DNA of 64,000 bases, taken from the NCBI GenBank assembly GCA_029262275.1, contig JAJCZS010000007.1:58785-122784 (forward strand). The letters run 5' to 3'. The notes beneath the pieces were generated by a model that was not told where the DNA came from, ran no database searches, and saw nothing but the letters and a program-made list of their open reading frames with translations. Both the position numbers and the translations under genes were made by a program. Source of the DNA: Deltaproteobacteria bacterium (GTDB lineage: Bacteria; Desulfobacterota_D; UBA1144; Nemesobacterales; UBA2774). Below, in pieces: positions 7,565 through 18,491 of this stretch (position 1 is its first letter; the number at the start of each line of letters is the position of its first letter).

Positions 7565-9535
7565 ATGATTGTATGGATAATACTATTTCCTCTGATTGGA
7601 GCCATTATAAACGGGCTTCTATTTGCAAGTGGGTTTTGGCAGAAGAAGTGCGGTGGGGATGAGCACTCAGAGCAGAGCATATCAGGCATAGTTGCCTCAG
7701 GTGCAGTACTGCTCTCAGCAATATTGTCTACATATTATTTCGTTCAGCTACTCTCGCTTGAGCCATCACAAAGACAAATCATTCAAGAACTATTTGTTTG
7801 GATTCCCTCAGGGGATTTCACTGTCAGCTTTGAGTTTATGTTTGATAGCCTCTCAAGCATTATGGCGCTTGTTATCACCTGGATTGGCTTTTTGATTCAC
7901 ATCTACTCAATGGGCTATATGCATCATGACAAGGCCTATGCGAAGTACTTCACATATCTAAATATCTTTGTCTTCTTTATGCTTATACTAGTGCTGGGCA
8001 ATAATTTTCCTCTTATGTTTGTTGGATGGGAAGGGGTCGGACTAGCATCTTTTCTTCTAATAGGTTTCTGGTACCAAGACACAGAGAAAGCCTCTGCTGG
8101 TAGAAAAGCATTTATCGTAAACAGGATAGGGGATTTTGGATTTATCCTTGGAATATTTCTCATATTTTATATTTTTGATTCAGTCAACTATCAAGAAGTT
8201 TTTGGTAAAGCCTTAGATCCTGCTTTTATGGGTGCAGTTCCTGCAGCAGTTATCACTGGCATAGGGCTCCTTCTTTTTGTAGGAGCGGTTGGTAAATCTG
8301 CTCAGGTTCCGCTATATGTATGGCTGCCAGATGCAATGGCTGGCCCTACTCCGGTGAGCGCGCTTATACATGCTGCCACCATGGTAACAGCTGGAGCTTA
8401 TATGATGGCCCGCTGCAATGTGTTCTATTCTCAATCGCCTACTGCACAGATGGTAGTGGTCTCTATTGCTGCTTTTACTGCAATACTCGCTGCATCCATC
8501 GCTATTACACAAAATGATATAAAGAAGGTGCTTGCTTATTCTACAGTGAGCCAGCTGGGCTATATGTTCATGGCAATAGGTGTTGGGGCATATACTGCTG
8601 GGCTATTCCATCTGGTAACACATGCATTCTTTAAAGCTTTATTATTCCTAGGTGCTGGAAGTGTAATTCATGCAATGTCCGATGAGCAGGATATTAGGAA
8701 GATGGGAGGGCTCAGGAAAAAGATCCCGATTACTGCAATTACATTCTTAATTGGAACGCTTGCAATTGCGGGTTTGCCGTTTCTATCAGGTTTCTTTAGT
8801 AAAGACGAAATATTAGCCGCCCTTTATGATAGAGGCTATATGCTTCACTGGATAGTGGCGCTTATAACCGTTGTTCTTACAGCTTTGTATATGCTGAGGG
8901 TATATTTGCTAACTTTCGAAGGAAAATCGAGAGTGCCAGAAAGTCTAAAACGATATATTCACGAGTCTCCATATTCAATGACGATTCCTCTTATGGTGTT
9001 GGCAGTGTTGTCGATACTCGGGGGTTATATTGGAGTGCCAGACTTTATGGGCAAGGTTGTAGGATTTGATCACTCAAACCTATTTGAGCACTATGTATCT
9101 GCTTCAATATATCTTGATAGCGCAAAAGAAGTAGGACACCATTACTTTGGTCATTGGGCACTAGCGGGCTTCTCGGTTGCAGGAGCTGCATTGGGAATAA
9201 TTATAGCTTTCTACCTATACTACATTAAGCCCTCTGCTCCGGATAAGATTGCTAATGATATCAAACCACTTTACGAGGCTTCTTATAACAAATGGTACGT
9301 GGATGAGCTCTATGATTACATCTTCGTAAAACCATTTGCCTATATATCTGATCAGGCTTCTAAATTTGATCTGGGTTTTATAGATGGTGCTGTAAACGGA
9401 GTTGCCGCGGTACTTAAGGATACCGCTCATACACTTCAAGCTGCTCAGACTGGAGTGATTAGAAGCTACGCCACTCTTATGGCCATAGGAGCTGCTGTTA
9501 TTTTAACAATTGTTATCTTATGGCAGGGTTTCTAA
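7565..9535 (+). CDS. nuoL: NADH-quinone oxidoreductase subunit L
   Basis: 656-aa antiporter-like subunit (…WLPDAMAGPTPVSALIHAATMVTAGAYM…) with the C-terminal extension typical of NuoL/ND5. Confidence 0.85.
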   Translation: MIVWIILFPLIGAIINGLLFASGFWQKKCGGDEHSEQSISGIVASGAVLLSAILSTYYFVQLLSLEPSQRQIIQELFVWIPSGDFTVSFEFMFDSLSSIMALVITWIGFLIHIYSMGYMHHDKAYAKYFTYLNIFVFFMLILVLGNNFPLMFVGWEGVGLASFLLIGFWYQDTEKASAGRKAFIVNRIGDFGFILGIFLIFYIFDSVNYQEVFGKALDPAFMGAVPAAVITGIGLLLFVGAVGKSAQVPLYVWLPDAMAGPTPVSALIHAATMVTAGAYMMARCNVFYSQSPTAQMVVVSIAAFTAILAASIAITQNDIKKVLAYSTVSQLGYMFMAIGVGAYTAGLFHLVTHAFFKALLFLGAGSVIHAMSDEQDIRKMGGLRKKIPITAITFLIGTLAIAGLPFLSGFFSKDEILAALYDRGYMLHWIVALITVVLTALYMLRVYLLTFEGKSRVPESLKRYIHESPYSMTIPLMVLAVLSILGGYIGVPDFMGKVVGFDHSNLFEHYVSASIYLDSAKEVGHHYFGHWALAGFSVAGAALGIIIAFYLYYIKPSAPDKIANDIKPLYEASYNKWYVDELYDYIFVKPFAYISDQASKFDLGFIDGAVNGVAAVLKDTAHTLQAAQTGVIRSYATLMAIGAAVILTIVILWQGF

Positions 9536-9557
9536 TCTTATCTAAGCATTTTTCCCA

Positions 9558-9899
9558 CTAGAATTTTTTAGCAAAGTAGGCAAACGGAGGGATAATAAGC
9601 CCTAAAGTCTTATTATCATCTGTGGTTATGCTTGGTATTGTGCGGAGAATGGCTTCTTTTTCTAAAGGTTTTGTTTCATATTTGGTAGCAGCTGACTTTG
9701 CGTAGATAAATTCCGGCCCGCTATATACATCAACTAGATCAGGCATTAACTCAATTTCTATATAACTTGCTTTATCCACCACGGGTTCAATTTCTTCATT
9801 AGCATGGCTTAAGGGACTATATGTAGCACAAAGTACAGCTATGAATAATACAGCTAATAATTTTATTTCTATGTCTCCATAAATAACTTTTTTAATCAT
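9558..9899 (-). CDS. hypothetical secreted protein (113 aa)
   Basis: N-terminal signal peptide. No recognised domain. Confidence 0.3.
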   Translation of the reverse strand: MIKKVIYGDIEIKLLAVLFIAVLCATYSPLSHANEEIEPVVDKASYIEIELMPDLVDVYSGPEFIYAKSAATKYETKPLEKEAILRTIPSITTDDNKTLGLIIPPFAYFAKKF

Positions 9900-10011
9900 T
9901 TCTCAAAGTCTCCTAAATTACATTTGCACTTTTATAGATGTGCTTTTATATAAATAGGATTCAGATTTTAATTTGAGTTGTATAAATGGAATTTTCAGGA
10001 TTCATAGAAAT

Positions 10012-10060
10012 AAAAAAGGGCAGCACATAATAAATATGCGCTGCCCTTTCTACTTTTTTT
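10012..10060 (-). terminator. rho-independent terminator downstream of glnA
   Basis: Hairpin GGGCAGCAC…GCGCTGCCC (aaaaaagggcagcacataataaatatgcgctgccctttctacttttttt) flanked by A- and T-runs, immediately 3' of the glnA stop on the minus strand. Confidence 0.55.
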
Positions 10061-10082
10061 CTTAGGAGTTATCTAGCTTTTG

Positions 10083-11549
10083 TTATACATCATAGTAAAG
10101 CATGAACTCATAAGGTACTGGTCTTAATTTCATAGGATTAACTTCATTCTCCATTTTATAATCAATCCAGGTTTGAATTACATCCTCTGTGAAGACATCT
10201 CCTTTTAAGAGAAACTCGTGGTCATCTTTGAGTGCTTTGAGTGCGTCCTCTAGGGATCCTGGTACTGAAGGAATATTTGCAAGCTCCTCTGGTCCCAATG
10301 CGTAAATATCTTTATCTAATGGATCACCTGGGTTGATTTTCTTCTCAATCCCGTCAAGTCCTGCCATAAGTAAAGCTGAGAATGCAAGATACCCATTACA
10401 TGATGGATCAGGGAATCTAGTCTCAAGTCTTTTTGCCTTCGGGCTAGGTGAGTACATTGGAATTCTTACAGCAGCACTTCTGTTCCTAGCTGAGTAAGCA
10501 AGGTTAACCGGCGCCTCAAATCCAGGAACCAATCTTCTGTATGAATTGGTTGTAGGATTAGTGAAAGCGCAAAGGGCTCCTGCGTGTTTTAGTATGCCAC
10601 CAATATAGTGCATAGCCATGTCACTCATACCTGCATATCCTTTGCCTGCGAATAGAGGTTTATTTTTCTTCCATATAGATTGATGAACATGCATTCCTGA
10701 ACCGTTGTCATCAAATACGGGTTTAGGCATAAATGTCACTGTTTTACCATATTTCTTGGCTACATTTCTTACAACATATTTATACCACATCATCTGATCG
10801 CCCATTTCAACAAGCGGACCAAATCTCATATCAATCTCTGCTTGTCCAGCAGTTGCAACCTCGTGATGCTGTGCTTCAACTGAAATTCCAAGGTTCTCTA
10901 ACTCTATAACCATTTCTGATCTGAGATCCTGATATGAGTCAGTAGGTGGAGTTGGAAAATATCCTTCCTTGTGGCGCGGTTTATAACCCAGGTTTGGACC
11001 TTCGTCGGCACCTGAATTCCAAATTCCTTCAACGGAATCTACAAAATAGTAACCAGAATTTGCAGTTTGGTCGTATCTTACGTCGTCTAAGATAAAGAAT
11101 TCGAGTTCAGGGCCTATGTATGCCGTATCTCCAATTCCTGTGCTCTTTAAATAAGACACTGATTTCTTTGCGATATTACGAGGATCGCGAGAGTAAGGCT
11201 CACGTGTAATCGGATCAACTATATCACATAATAATACTAGTGTTGGATGTGCATAGAATGGGTCAATCCTAGCTGTTGTTACATCAGGAATAACAAGCAT
11301 ATCACTTGCGTTGATTGACTGCCAACCTCTGATACTTGAGCCGTCAAAACCTAGACCTTCTTCGAACATAGATGGGCTAAATTCGTTAACTGAAATACTA
11401 AAGTGTTGCCACATACCAATAAAATCTAAAAATCTGAAGTCCACTATAAGAACTCCATTGTCTTTAATCATTTTTACAGCGTCTGCGGGCTTTTTTGCAA
11501 ACATATTTGGGGGTCCTCCTTTGCTTTTTGTCTTTTTAGTTGTAGGCAT
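10083..11549 (-). CDS. glnA: glutamine synthetase type I
   Basis: Full-length GSI: beta-grasp N-domain and catalytic domain (…[11 protein letters not shown]…, …[16 protein letters not shown]…). The ORF carries a 15-aa Lys-rich N-terminal extension. A second good SD/ATG pair lies at 11504, so the true start may be there. Confidence 0.9.
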   Translation of the reverse strand: MPTTKKTKSKGGPPNMFAKKPADAVKMIKDNGVLIVDFRFLDFIGMWQHFSISVNEFSPSMFEEGLGFDGSSIRGWQSINASDMLVIPDVTTARIDPFYAHPTLVLLCDIVDPITREPYSRDPRNIAKKSVSYLKSTGIGDTAYIGPELEFFILDDVRYDQTANSGYYFVDSVEGIWNSGADEGPNLGYKPRHKEGYFPTPPTDSYQDLRSEMVIELENLGISVEAQHHEVATAGQAEIDMRFGPLVEMGDQMMWYKYVVRNVAKKYGKTVTFMPKPVFDDNGSGMHVHQSIWKKNKPLFAGKGYAGMSDMAMHYIGGILKHAGALCAFTNPTTNSYRRLVPGFEAPVNLAYSARNRSAAVRIPMYSPSPKAKRLETRFPDPSCNGYLAFSALLMAGLDGIEKKINPGDPLDKDIYALGPEELANIPSVPGSLEDALKALKDDHEFLLKGDVFTEDVIQTWIDYKMENEVNPMKLRPVPYEFMLYYDV

Positions 11550-11586
11550 TATTAAAAATGTCCTCCTTTAGTGATTAAGCTCCGGC

Positions 11587-11970
<384 letters not shown>

Positions 11971-12222
11971 TTACAGAAATCATTTCAATCAATAAAAATA
12001 GGGAGTTAAATCAGAAGAGTATAAATAAGTGCTCAAAACTTAAGCACCCGGTGTTAAAAATTGACCATTATCTATTGATTTATAATGCTGATGAGACAAC
12101 CTTGTCTCATAATTACTTTTTTTCAAACTGTATATTCTTTTCTAGTAACTTTCGGATTATAAAACTTGAGTAAAACCATATTTAGTAACTAGTTATTAAA
12201 ATTTGCGAAATCTTTATGCTTT

Positions 12223-13023
12223 TTAATTTAGTAATAAAGCTTTGTTCTTATAAGTTTGTGCAAACCGATTCAGCTCTTTCATGTTGAGGTCTGAAATTGC
12301 GCAGTACTCTAAACCATTATTTGCCCATTTAACTATGTTATAACCTCTGTTTTCAAAAGTTTTGAAAGAAGCCATGTTTGCTTCATTGGTTGGAAAGATG
12401 AAGAGATTTATAATATGGTCTCCGGTTTCGTATATAATTGAAGCAGCATGATGCTTGTTTATATAATCTAATCTCCCACCTTTTAAGTAAAAGCCATCCT
12501 CATCTAAATCTGTCGGTTGTGCTACAAAATCTACTTTACTGTTGAACCATGGTTGAACTAGATCTGTGCCATCGGACTCAATATGGGTTAGGTTATTTTC
12601 CATAAGTGATCGGACATGGGCAGAAACTATTTCTTCCTCCATTATACTCTCTTTACTAGTATATTCAGGGAGCAAAGCCAAGACTAGTAGGGCACCTACT
12701 GCTGCTGTTACAACTGGAGGGACAATATAAGATGCCCAGTGCCAAGAGAATCGGTTCTTTTCTACGTTGGTTATCTCTACATCAGACTCACTAATTTCTT
12801 CTATCTTGTTTTTTATTGTTTCTTTCAGGCCATAATGATACGAGTAGGTGAATTCATTGCGAAGTCTATTTTTCATCTGCTCAATCTGGAACCTTTCATT
12901 TGCACAGTAAGCACATACCTTGAGGTGTTTTTCTATTGCAGACCTATCGGTACTAGATAGTTCATTATCTACATAAGCACTAATATACGGATATAGAATT
13001 TCCCTAACTACACTAGAGCTCAA
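12223..13023 (-). CDS. zinc-binding (ZAS-type) transmembrane anti-sigma factor
   Basis: N-terminal Hx3Cx2C zinc motif (HLKVCAYCANE), a single TM helix (VVTAAVGALLVLALL) and a periplasmic C-domain. Overlaps the upstream ECF sigma gene by 11 nt. Confidence 0.6.
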   Translation of the reverse strand: MSSSVVREILYPYISAYVDNELSSTDRSAIEKHLKVCAYCANERFQIEQMKNRLRNEFTYSYHYGLKETIKNKIEEISESDVEITNVEKNRFSWHWASYIVPPVVTAAVGALLVLALLPEYTSKESIMEEEIVSAHVRSLMENNLTHIESDGTDLVQPWFNSKVDFVAQPTDLDEDGFYLKGGRLDYINKHHAASIIYETGDHIINLFIFPTNEANMASFKTFENRGYNIVKWANNGLEYCAISDLNMKELNRFAQTYKNKALLLN

Positions 13024-13651
13024 TCTGGCTCCTCCTGCTTATTCTGCTAGATAAAGATTTTTGTAAATGTCTTCTACCTCTAGAAAGTCTCGACATAACA
13101 GTCCCAACAGGGATATCAACAATTTCAGATATCTCTTTATAAGGTAGCCCTTCTATTTCGTGGAGAACTATTACTTCTCTAAAAATTATAGGCATTTCTT
13201 CAAGTGCACTATGGAGTATGTCCTTATTGTTTCTTGAATTAAGAATTCTGTCTTGTCTTAGGCCTTGGCTTCTCTCAAGAATGGAGCTTGGTATGTTACT
13301 TGAGCTATGGAGGGACTCGTCAAACTCAATTGAATCTTTATAACCATGTTTACTTTTAATCCAGTTATATGAAGTGTTTCTAACTATGGTAAGTAGCCAT
13401 TTAAGACTATTGATATCTGTATAGTTTTTAAAACCTCTAAATGCTCTTATGTATGCCTCTTGAACTACATCTTCGGCATCTTGGTCGTGACCTGTAATCC
13501 ATCTAGCAAGATTATATGCCGAGTCCATATGACTAAGCATCTTGCTTTCGAATTGTTCTATAAGATTATCTTTGTTCAAATGAACCCCCACCAAAGGCTG
13601 CTTTTGTAACACACTATAATAAAAATTAAGCCCATTTGATAGGAAAGTCAA
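13013..13651 (-). CDS. ECF (group 4) RNA polymerase sigma factor
   Basis: Sigma-70 region 2 (DVVQEAYIRAFRGFKNY) and a region 4 HTH (YKEISEIVDIPVGTVMSRLSRGRRHL). The true start is probably an internal Met (~13541), since ECF sigmas are ~175-190 aa. Confidence 0.8.
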   Translation of the reverse strand: MTFLSNGLNFYYSVLQKQPLVGVHLNKDNLIEQFESKMLSHMDSAYNLARWITGHDQDAEDVVQEAYIRAFRGFKNYTDINSLKWLLTIVRNTSYNWIKSKHGYKDSIEFDESLHSSSNIPSSILERSQGLRQDRILNSRNNKDILHSALEEMPIIFREVIVLHEIEGLPYKEISEIVDIPVGTVMSRLSRGRRHLQKSLSSRISRRSQIEL

Positions 13652-13783
13652 CCTTTATAGATCGATGACAATAAATTAAAATGAATTTTATTTGGGTGTC
13701 ATATTTCAGTTTTTTTATAGTAAACTAAATAAAACCCTTAATAGAAGAGATTGCTCCATTACTTCGAATGACTATTTATTATA

Positions 13784-14413
13784 ATGTCTAGAAACTATAA
13801 AAATAAAATACTTGTCATATTTGCTCATCCGGCACTAGAAAAATCTAGAATCAATGTAGAGTTGTGTAGAGCTATAAAGAACCTTGATGGAATAACTTTT
13901 CGTGATCTCTATGAGATTTATCCCGATTTCCTAATAGATGTTAAGGAAGAACAAAGATTACTTCTTGATCACGATATTATTGTTCTTCAGCATCCTTTTT
14001 ATTGGTACAGCTGTCCCGCAATAATTAAGGAATGGATAGACCTTGTGTTGCAATATGGTTTTGCATATGGTCATGAGGGTACCGCTCTTGCAGGCAAGCA
14101 CATGATGTCAGCAATTTCAGTTGGAGCAAGCGAGGATGCTTATACAGAGAATGGGGTTCATTATTATCATGTTAGAGAGTTTTTAAGACCTTTTGAGCGT
14201 ACAGCCGCACTTTGTAATATGAACTATATTCCTCCATTTGTAGTTCATCATACTTCAGATCTAGTCACTGTAGAAGATATATCAGTCTTTAGTGATCTAT
14301 ACAAGAAGGTTCTTATTTCACTTAGAGATAAGGATATTGATATTAAAGCCATGAACGAATTCAAATATATAAACGATTATATGCTAGATCAATATGAATC
14401 ATGGAGCGTATAG
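13784..14413 (+). CDS. kefF: flavodoxin-like NAD(P)H:quinone oxidoreductase, KefF/KefG-type ancillary subunit
   Basis: Flavodoxin_2 fold (KILVIFAHPALEKSRIN…VLQHPFYWYSCPAIIKEWIDLV). Located 3 nt upstream of kefC, as in the E. coli kefFC arrangement. Confidence 0.6.
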   Translation: MSRNYKNKILVIFAHPALEKSRINVELCRAIKNLDGITFRDLYEIYPDFLIDVKEEQRLLLDHDIIVLQHPFYWYSCPAIIKEWIDLVLQYGFAYGHEGTALAGKHMMSAISVGASEDAYTENGVHYYHVREFLRPFERTAALCNMNYIPPFVVHHTSDLVTVEDISVFSDLYKKVLISLRDKDIDIKAMNEFKYINDYMLDQYESWSV

Positions 14414-14416
14414 ACT

Positions 14417-16282
14417 ATGGATAGTTTCTTGTTTCAAGCATTTATCTATTTGCTAGCTGCCGTAGTCTCTGTCCCGATTGCTAAACGCCTCGGCCTTGGC
14501 TCCGTATTAGGATATCTCTTCGCCGGCATAATTATAGGCCCTTTTGTTTTTAAGTTTGTAGGTGTGGAATCAGAGGCGATACTCCATTTTGCAGAGTTTG
14601 GTGTTGTAATGATGCTCTTTCTAATTGGCTTGGAGCTAAGACCAGAGTTGCTCTGGAGGTTAAGGGGACCAATTCTGGGTTTGGGCGGGCTTCAGGTAGC
14701 TGTAACTACAGTGGTAATATTATTAATAGGATTTATATTTGGGTTTACCTGGAAAGTATCTCTAGCTATAGGGTTAATATTGGCCTTGTCCTCAACTGCG
14801 ATAGTGCTTCAAACACTAAATGAAAAGGGTCTAATTAAAACCCAGGCGGGACAGTCAAGTTTTTCAGTGCTCCTTTTTCAAGACATAGCAGTGATCCCTA
14901 TTCTTGCAGTTCTACCACTTCTTGCTGCACCTATTCTTGGAACGGCTGAGCACTCAGTGGAACAGATACACCATGCTGGCTTCAGTATAGAGGCCCTTCC
15001 TGGGTGGCAACAAGCAATCTTAGTTGCACTTGTAATAGCAACTATAATAATTATCGGACGATTTTTAGTACGCTATGTCTTTCGTTTTATTGCCGAGACC
15101 AGACTAAGAGAGATCTTTACAGCTTTTGCCTTATTCCTTGTGATAGGTATTGCACTCGCAATGCAACTAGTTGGTCTGTCTGCAGCATTAGGAACCTTTT
15201 TAGCAGGGGTTGTACTCGCAGACAGTGAATACCGGCACGAGCTAGAGTCTGATATTGAGCCTTTTAAAGGTCTACTTTTGGGTTTATTTTTTATTTCAGT
15301 TGGAGCAAGCATAGATTTCAATTTATTTGCAGAAGAACCCTATCTCATAGTTGGTCTCGTAGCGGGACTGATAGTAATTAAGCTCGTTATTCTTTTTGTA
15401 TTAGGCTTTGTATTTAAAATGAGCCGGAGTCAGAATTTCCTCTTCGCATTCTCACTCGCACAGAGTGGAGAGTTTGCTTTTGTGCTTTTTTCATTCGCTA
15501 CTCAAAACAATGTAATGCCAGTGCCTCTAGCAGATACTCTCATACTTGTAGTTGCTTTATCAATGGCGCTAACTCCTGTTCTGATGATATTTAATGAAAA
15601 ACTCCTGCAGCCCAGATTCTCAACTTTAGATCAAAGACCGGAGTCCGATACGATAGATGAGAAGAATCCTGTAATAATTGCAGGGTTCGGAAGGTTCGGT
15701 CAGATAGTGGGTAGGCTGCTTCACGCAAATAATATTGGAACCACGGTGCTAGACTCAAAACCAAGTCAAATCGAGATGGTAAGGAGATTCGGGTATAAGG
15801 TTTTCTACGGAGATGCCTCCAGAGTAGAACTCCTGCACTCTGCTGGAGCTGGTGAAGCAAAACTGTTTATTTTGACAATAGGTGATAAAGATAAGGCGCT
15901 TGAGATTGCCAAGACTGTAAAGAACCAATTCCCAAATCTAAAGATATTGGCAAGGGCTTATGATAGAAGGAATACATATGAACTAATGGATATAGGTGTT
16001 GAAGTCATACAAAGAGAGACTTTCGGTTCAGCTCTTGAGCTTGGGGCTTCGGCGCTGAAACTCCTAGGTTTCCGAAACTATCAAGCACATCGGGCAGCGT
16101 TAACCTTTAAGCACCATGATGAGACCACTCTCGTGGATTTACATGAGCATTTTGGTGATGATGAGGCTTTCTTACTACAAACACGTCTCAAGAACCAAGA
16201 CTTATTTGAGCTACTGAGTTCTGATGAAGAAGATAAAGACGAGACTATGGGCCATTCCTGGGAAAGACCAGGTGGTATGTGA
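14417..16282 (+). CDS. kefC: glutathione-regulated K+/H+ antiporter
   Basis: 12-13 TM CPA2 membrane domain followed by a cytoplasmic TrkA-N/KTN Rossmann domain (VIIAGFGRFGQIVGRLL). Confidence 0.8.
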   Translation: MDSFLFQAFIYLLAAVVSVPIAKRLGLGSVLGYLFAGIIIGPFVFKFVGVESEAILHFAEFGVVMMLFLIGLELRPELLWRLRGPILGLGGLQVAVTTVVILLIGFIFGFTWKVSLAIGLILALSSTAIVLQTLNEKGLIKTQAGQSSFSVLLFQDIAVIPILAVLPLLAAPILGTAEHSVEQIHHAGFSIEALPGWQQAILVALVIATIIIIGRFLVRYVFRFIAETRLREIFTAFALFLVIGIALAMQLVGLSAALGTFLAGVVLADSEYRHELESDIEPFKGLLLGLFFISVGASIDFNLFAEEPYLIVGLVAGLIVIKLVILFVLGFVFKMSRSQNFLFAFSLAQSGEFAFVLFSFATQNNVMPVPLADTLILVVALSMALTPVLMIFNEKLLQPRFSTLDQRPESDTIDEKNPVIIAGFGRFGQIVGRLLHANNIGTTVLDSKPSQIEMVRRFGYKVFYGDASRVELLHSAGAGEAKLFILTIGDKDKALEIAKTVKNQFPNLKILARAYDRRNTYELMDIGVEVIQRETFGSALELGASALKLLGFRNYQAHRAALTFKHHDETTLVDLHEHFGDDEAFLLQTRLKNQDLFELLSSDEEDKDETMGHSWERPGGM

Positions 16283-16330
16283 TATATTATTTCTTTATCT
16301 AACCCCTAAATTCTTAATGGAGACAATGTT

Positions 16331-16702
16331 ATGCCGGTAGACAAAAACGTATTTGGTCAAGAAATAGAAACTTGCAGCAATTCACCTATGACAGGATTTT
16401 ACCGTGACGGCTGTTGCCGCACTGGTCCTGATGACTTAGGATTGCATGTTGTGTGTGTAGAGGTGAGTGAAGAATTCTTAGAGTTTTCAAAAGCCAAGGG
16501 CAATGACCTTTCAACACCCAATCCAGATTTCGAGTTTCCAGGTCTAAAACCGGGTGACAGGTGGTGTCTGTGTGCACTTAGATGGAAAGAAGCACTAGAT
16601 AGCGGAATGGCTCCTCCAGTGATTCTTACCTCAACGCATGAGGCTGTATTAGAAGTTATATCGTTAGAGGATCTAAAAAAATATGCCATAGATCTCGCTT
16701 GA
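16331..16702 (+). CDS. DUF2237-family protein (123 aa)
   Basis: Conserved PMTGFYRDGCCRTG…LHVVCVEV…GDRWCLCALRW core typical of DUF2237. Confidence 0.5.
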   Translation: MPVDKNVFGQEIETCSNSPMTGFYRDGCCRTGPDDLGLHVVCVEVSEEFLEFSKAKGNDLSTPNPDFEFPGLKPGDRWCLCALRWKEALDSGMAPPVILTSTHEAVLEVISLEDLKKYAIDLA

Positions 16703-16716
16703 AGTGAGGACTAACT

Positions 16717-17070
16717 ATGAGTGAAGTTACTGATTGGGAAATTGGAGAGAGAGTAGATGAAATTTTCAGAAGCGTAGTTATTCCTGCATTTGAGAGTTTG
16801 ATTAATGATTACGACAAGGTTGGCGATTACGAAGTAAAGATTGTTTCTGATAGTCCTTTGATAATGGGGATTGAAAAATATTCTTCTGTTATGGTTAAAC
16901 ATCCAGGCGGTCAAGAGATGATTGTTTGTGTGTATTGGGTGAAAAATAGCGAGAGGCTTATAGCAGAAAACATTCAGATGGTAACACTAAATAAGAATTT
17001 TGATATCTTCTCAGTTACGCAAGAAGAGCTTACATCTCAGCTAAAGTTTCTAACTGGAATGAGGTCTTAA
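16717..17070 (+). CDS. hypothetical protein (117 aa)
   Basis: ORF 14 nt downstream of the DUF2237 gene. No recognised motif. Confidence 0.3.
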   Translation: MSEVTDWEIGERVDEIFRSVVIPAFESLINDYDKVGDYEVKIVSDSPLIMGIEKYSSVMVKHPGGQEMIVCVYWVKNSERLIAENIQMVTLNKNFDIFSVTQEELTSQLKFLTGMRS

Positions 17071-17080
17071 CTACAGATTC

Positions 17081-18442
17081 TTACGAAACTAGAATAATTC
17101 TTAAATCCATAACATTTGTATTTGTGGGGCCGGTGATTAAAAGATCATCAATAGGATTGAAGTAATTATAAGAGTTATTTTCACATAGATGCACGTAAGC
17201 ATTTAAACCTAAATTACTTGCTCTCGATAGTGTAGTGCCGTCAGCAATAGCTCCTGCAGCATCTGTAGGCCCATCGTTACCATCGGTACCTCCGCTTAGT
17301 ACTACAACATTGTCCAGTCCCTCTATGTCTATAGCCGCTGCTAATGTAAACTCTTGATTTCTTCCTCCCTGTCCTTTGCCTTCTATGGTAACAGTAGTTT
17401 CCCCACCTGAGATAATACAGGCGGGTTTCTTTGCCGGATTTTCAGAAGAAGTGATTTCTTTAGCTATAGCAGTGTGTACTTTAGCTACTTCCTCAGTCTC
17501 ACCATGAATAAAGGTTGAGAGTATGAGGCTGTTATAACCCAACTCTTGAGCTTTTTCCTTTGCCGCGGTTACAGCCATTATGTTGCTACCAACAACGGCA
17601 TTTTGAGTTCTTGTAAATATAGGACTATCCGACTTAGGCGTATCTTCGATTTTGCCATCGCACCCTGCCTCAATGTAATCAATGACTCTTTTTGGGACCT
17701 TTTTATCTAATTTATATTTATTGATTATCTCTCTGCAGTCATGAAAAGTGTGGGTGTCAGGCACTGTTGGACCAGAGGCAATAACATCTAAATCATCACC
17801 AATAACGTCAGATAGAATTAGTGAAATTAGTGTAGATGGGTAAACAAGTGCCGCGAGCCTGCCCCCTTTAACAGCAGAGATTTGCTTCCTAATTGAGTTT
17901 ATCTCATGAATGTTCGCACCACACTCAAGCAGCGATTTTGTAACCGCTTGTTTATCCTCGAGTGTTAAGTTTCCAGCAGGTACAGGCAGAAGGGCAGATC
18001 CTCCCCCCGATATTAAACAGATAATCAGATCTTTCTCCCCAGTAGTTTTAAGTAACTCCATTATTTCTTTACTACCTGAAAGACCTGCCTCGTCAGGTAC
18101 TGGGTGTCCAGCCTCGTTTATTTTGATTTTTTCAAGAGGAACTGAGTGTCCATATTTTACGTTCACTATACCGTCTGATATTTGGTCGCCAATTATGTTT
18201 TCGACAGCTTTTGCCATCGAGGCTGCAGCCTTGCCCATTCCAATTACGTAGATTTTCTCGTAGTTAGAGATGTTGTATTCATGCCCTTGTAATAGGAGTT
18301 TGTTGCCATCTCGTCTCAGATAGTTTTTCACTGCGACAATAGGATCTGCTGCCTTGAGCCCTGCCTCAAATATTGCCTTTGCGTCGCTTCTAAGTTTCTC
18401 TAAACCCATGGTTTCAATTATAACGGAGACTCTATATCGCAC
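17081..18442 (-). CDS. glycerate 2-kinase (MOFRL family)
   Basis: DUF4147 N-domain plus MOFRL C-domain: …GKAAASMAKAVENI…, …LISGGGSALL…, …LSGGTDGNDGPTDAAGAI…. Typical GckA/TtuD length (453 aa). Confidence 0.75.
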   Translation of the reverse strand: MRYRVSVIIETMGLEKLRSDAKAIFEAGLKAADPIVAVKNYLRRDGNKLLLQGHEYNISNYEKIYVIGMGKAAASMAKAVENIIGDQISDGIVNVKYGHSVPLEKIKINEAGHPVPDEAGLSGSKEIMELLKTTGEKDLIICLISGGGSALLPVPAGNLTLEDKQAVTKSLLECGANIHEINSIRKQISAVKGGRLAALVYPSTLISLILSDVIGDDLDVIASGPTVPDTHTFHDCREIINKYKLDKKVPKRVIDYIEAGCDGKIEDTPKSDSPIFTRTQNAVVGSNIMAVTAAKEKAQELGYNSLILSTFIHGETEEVAKVHTAIAKEITSSENPAKKPACIISGGETTVTIEGKGQGGRNQEFTLAAAIDIEGLDNVVVLSGGTDGNDGPTDAAGAIADGTTLSRASNLGLNAYVHLCENNSYNYFNPIDDLLITGPTNTNVMDLRIILVS

Positions 18443-18491
18443 AAGAACCTAAATTATAGTAAATAAGGATAATTAGTTACTATTAAATCAA

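Noticed and set aside
7273-7689. 138-aa minus-strand ORF across nuoK/nuoL
   Set aside because: Antisense to two strongly supported complex I genes. No independent support.
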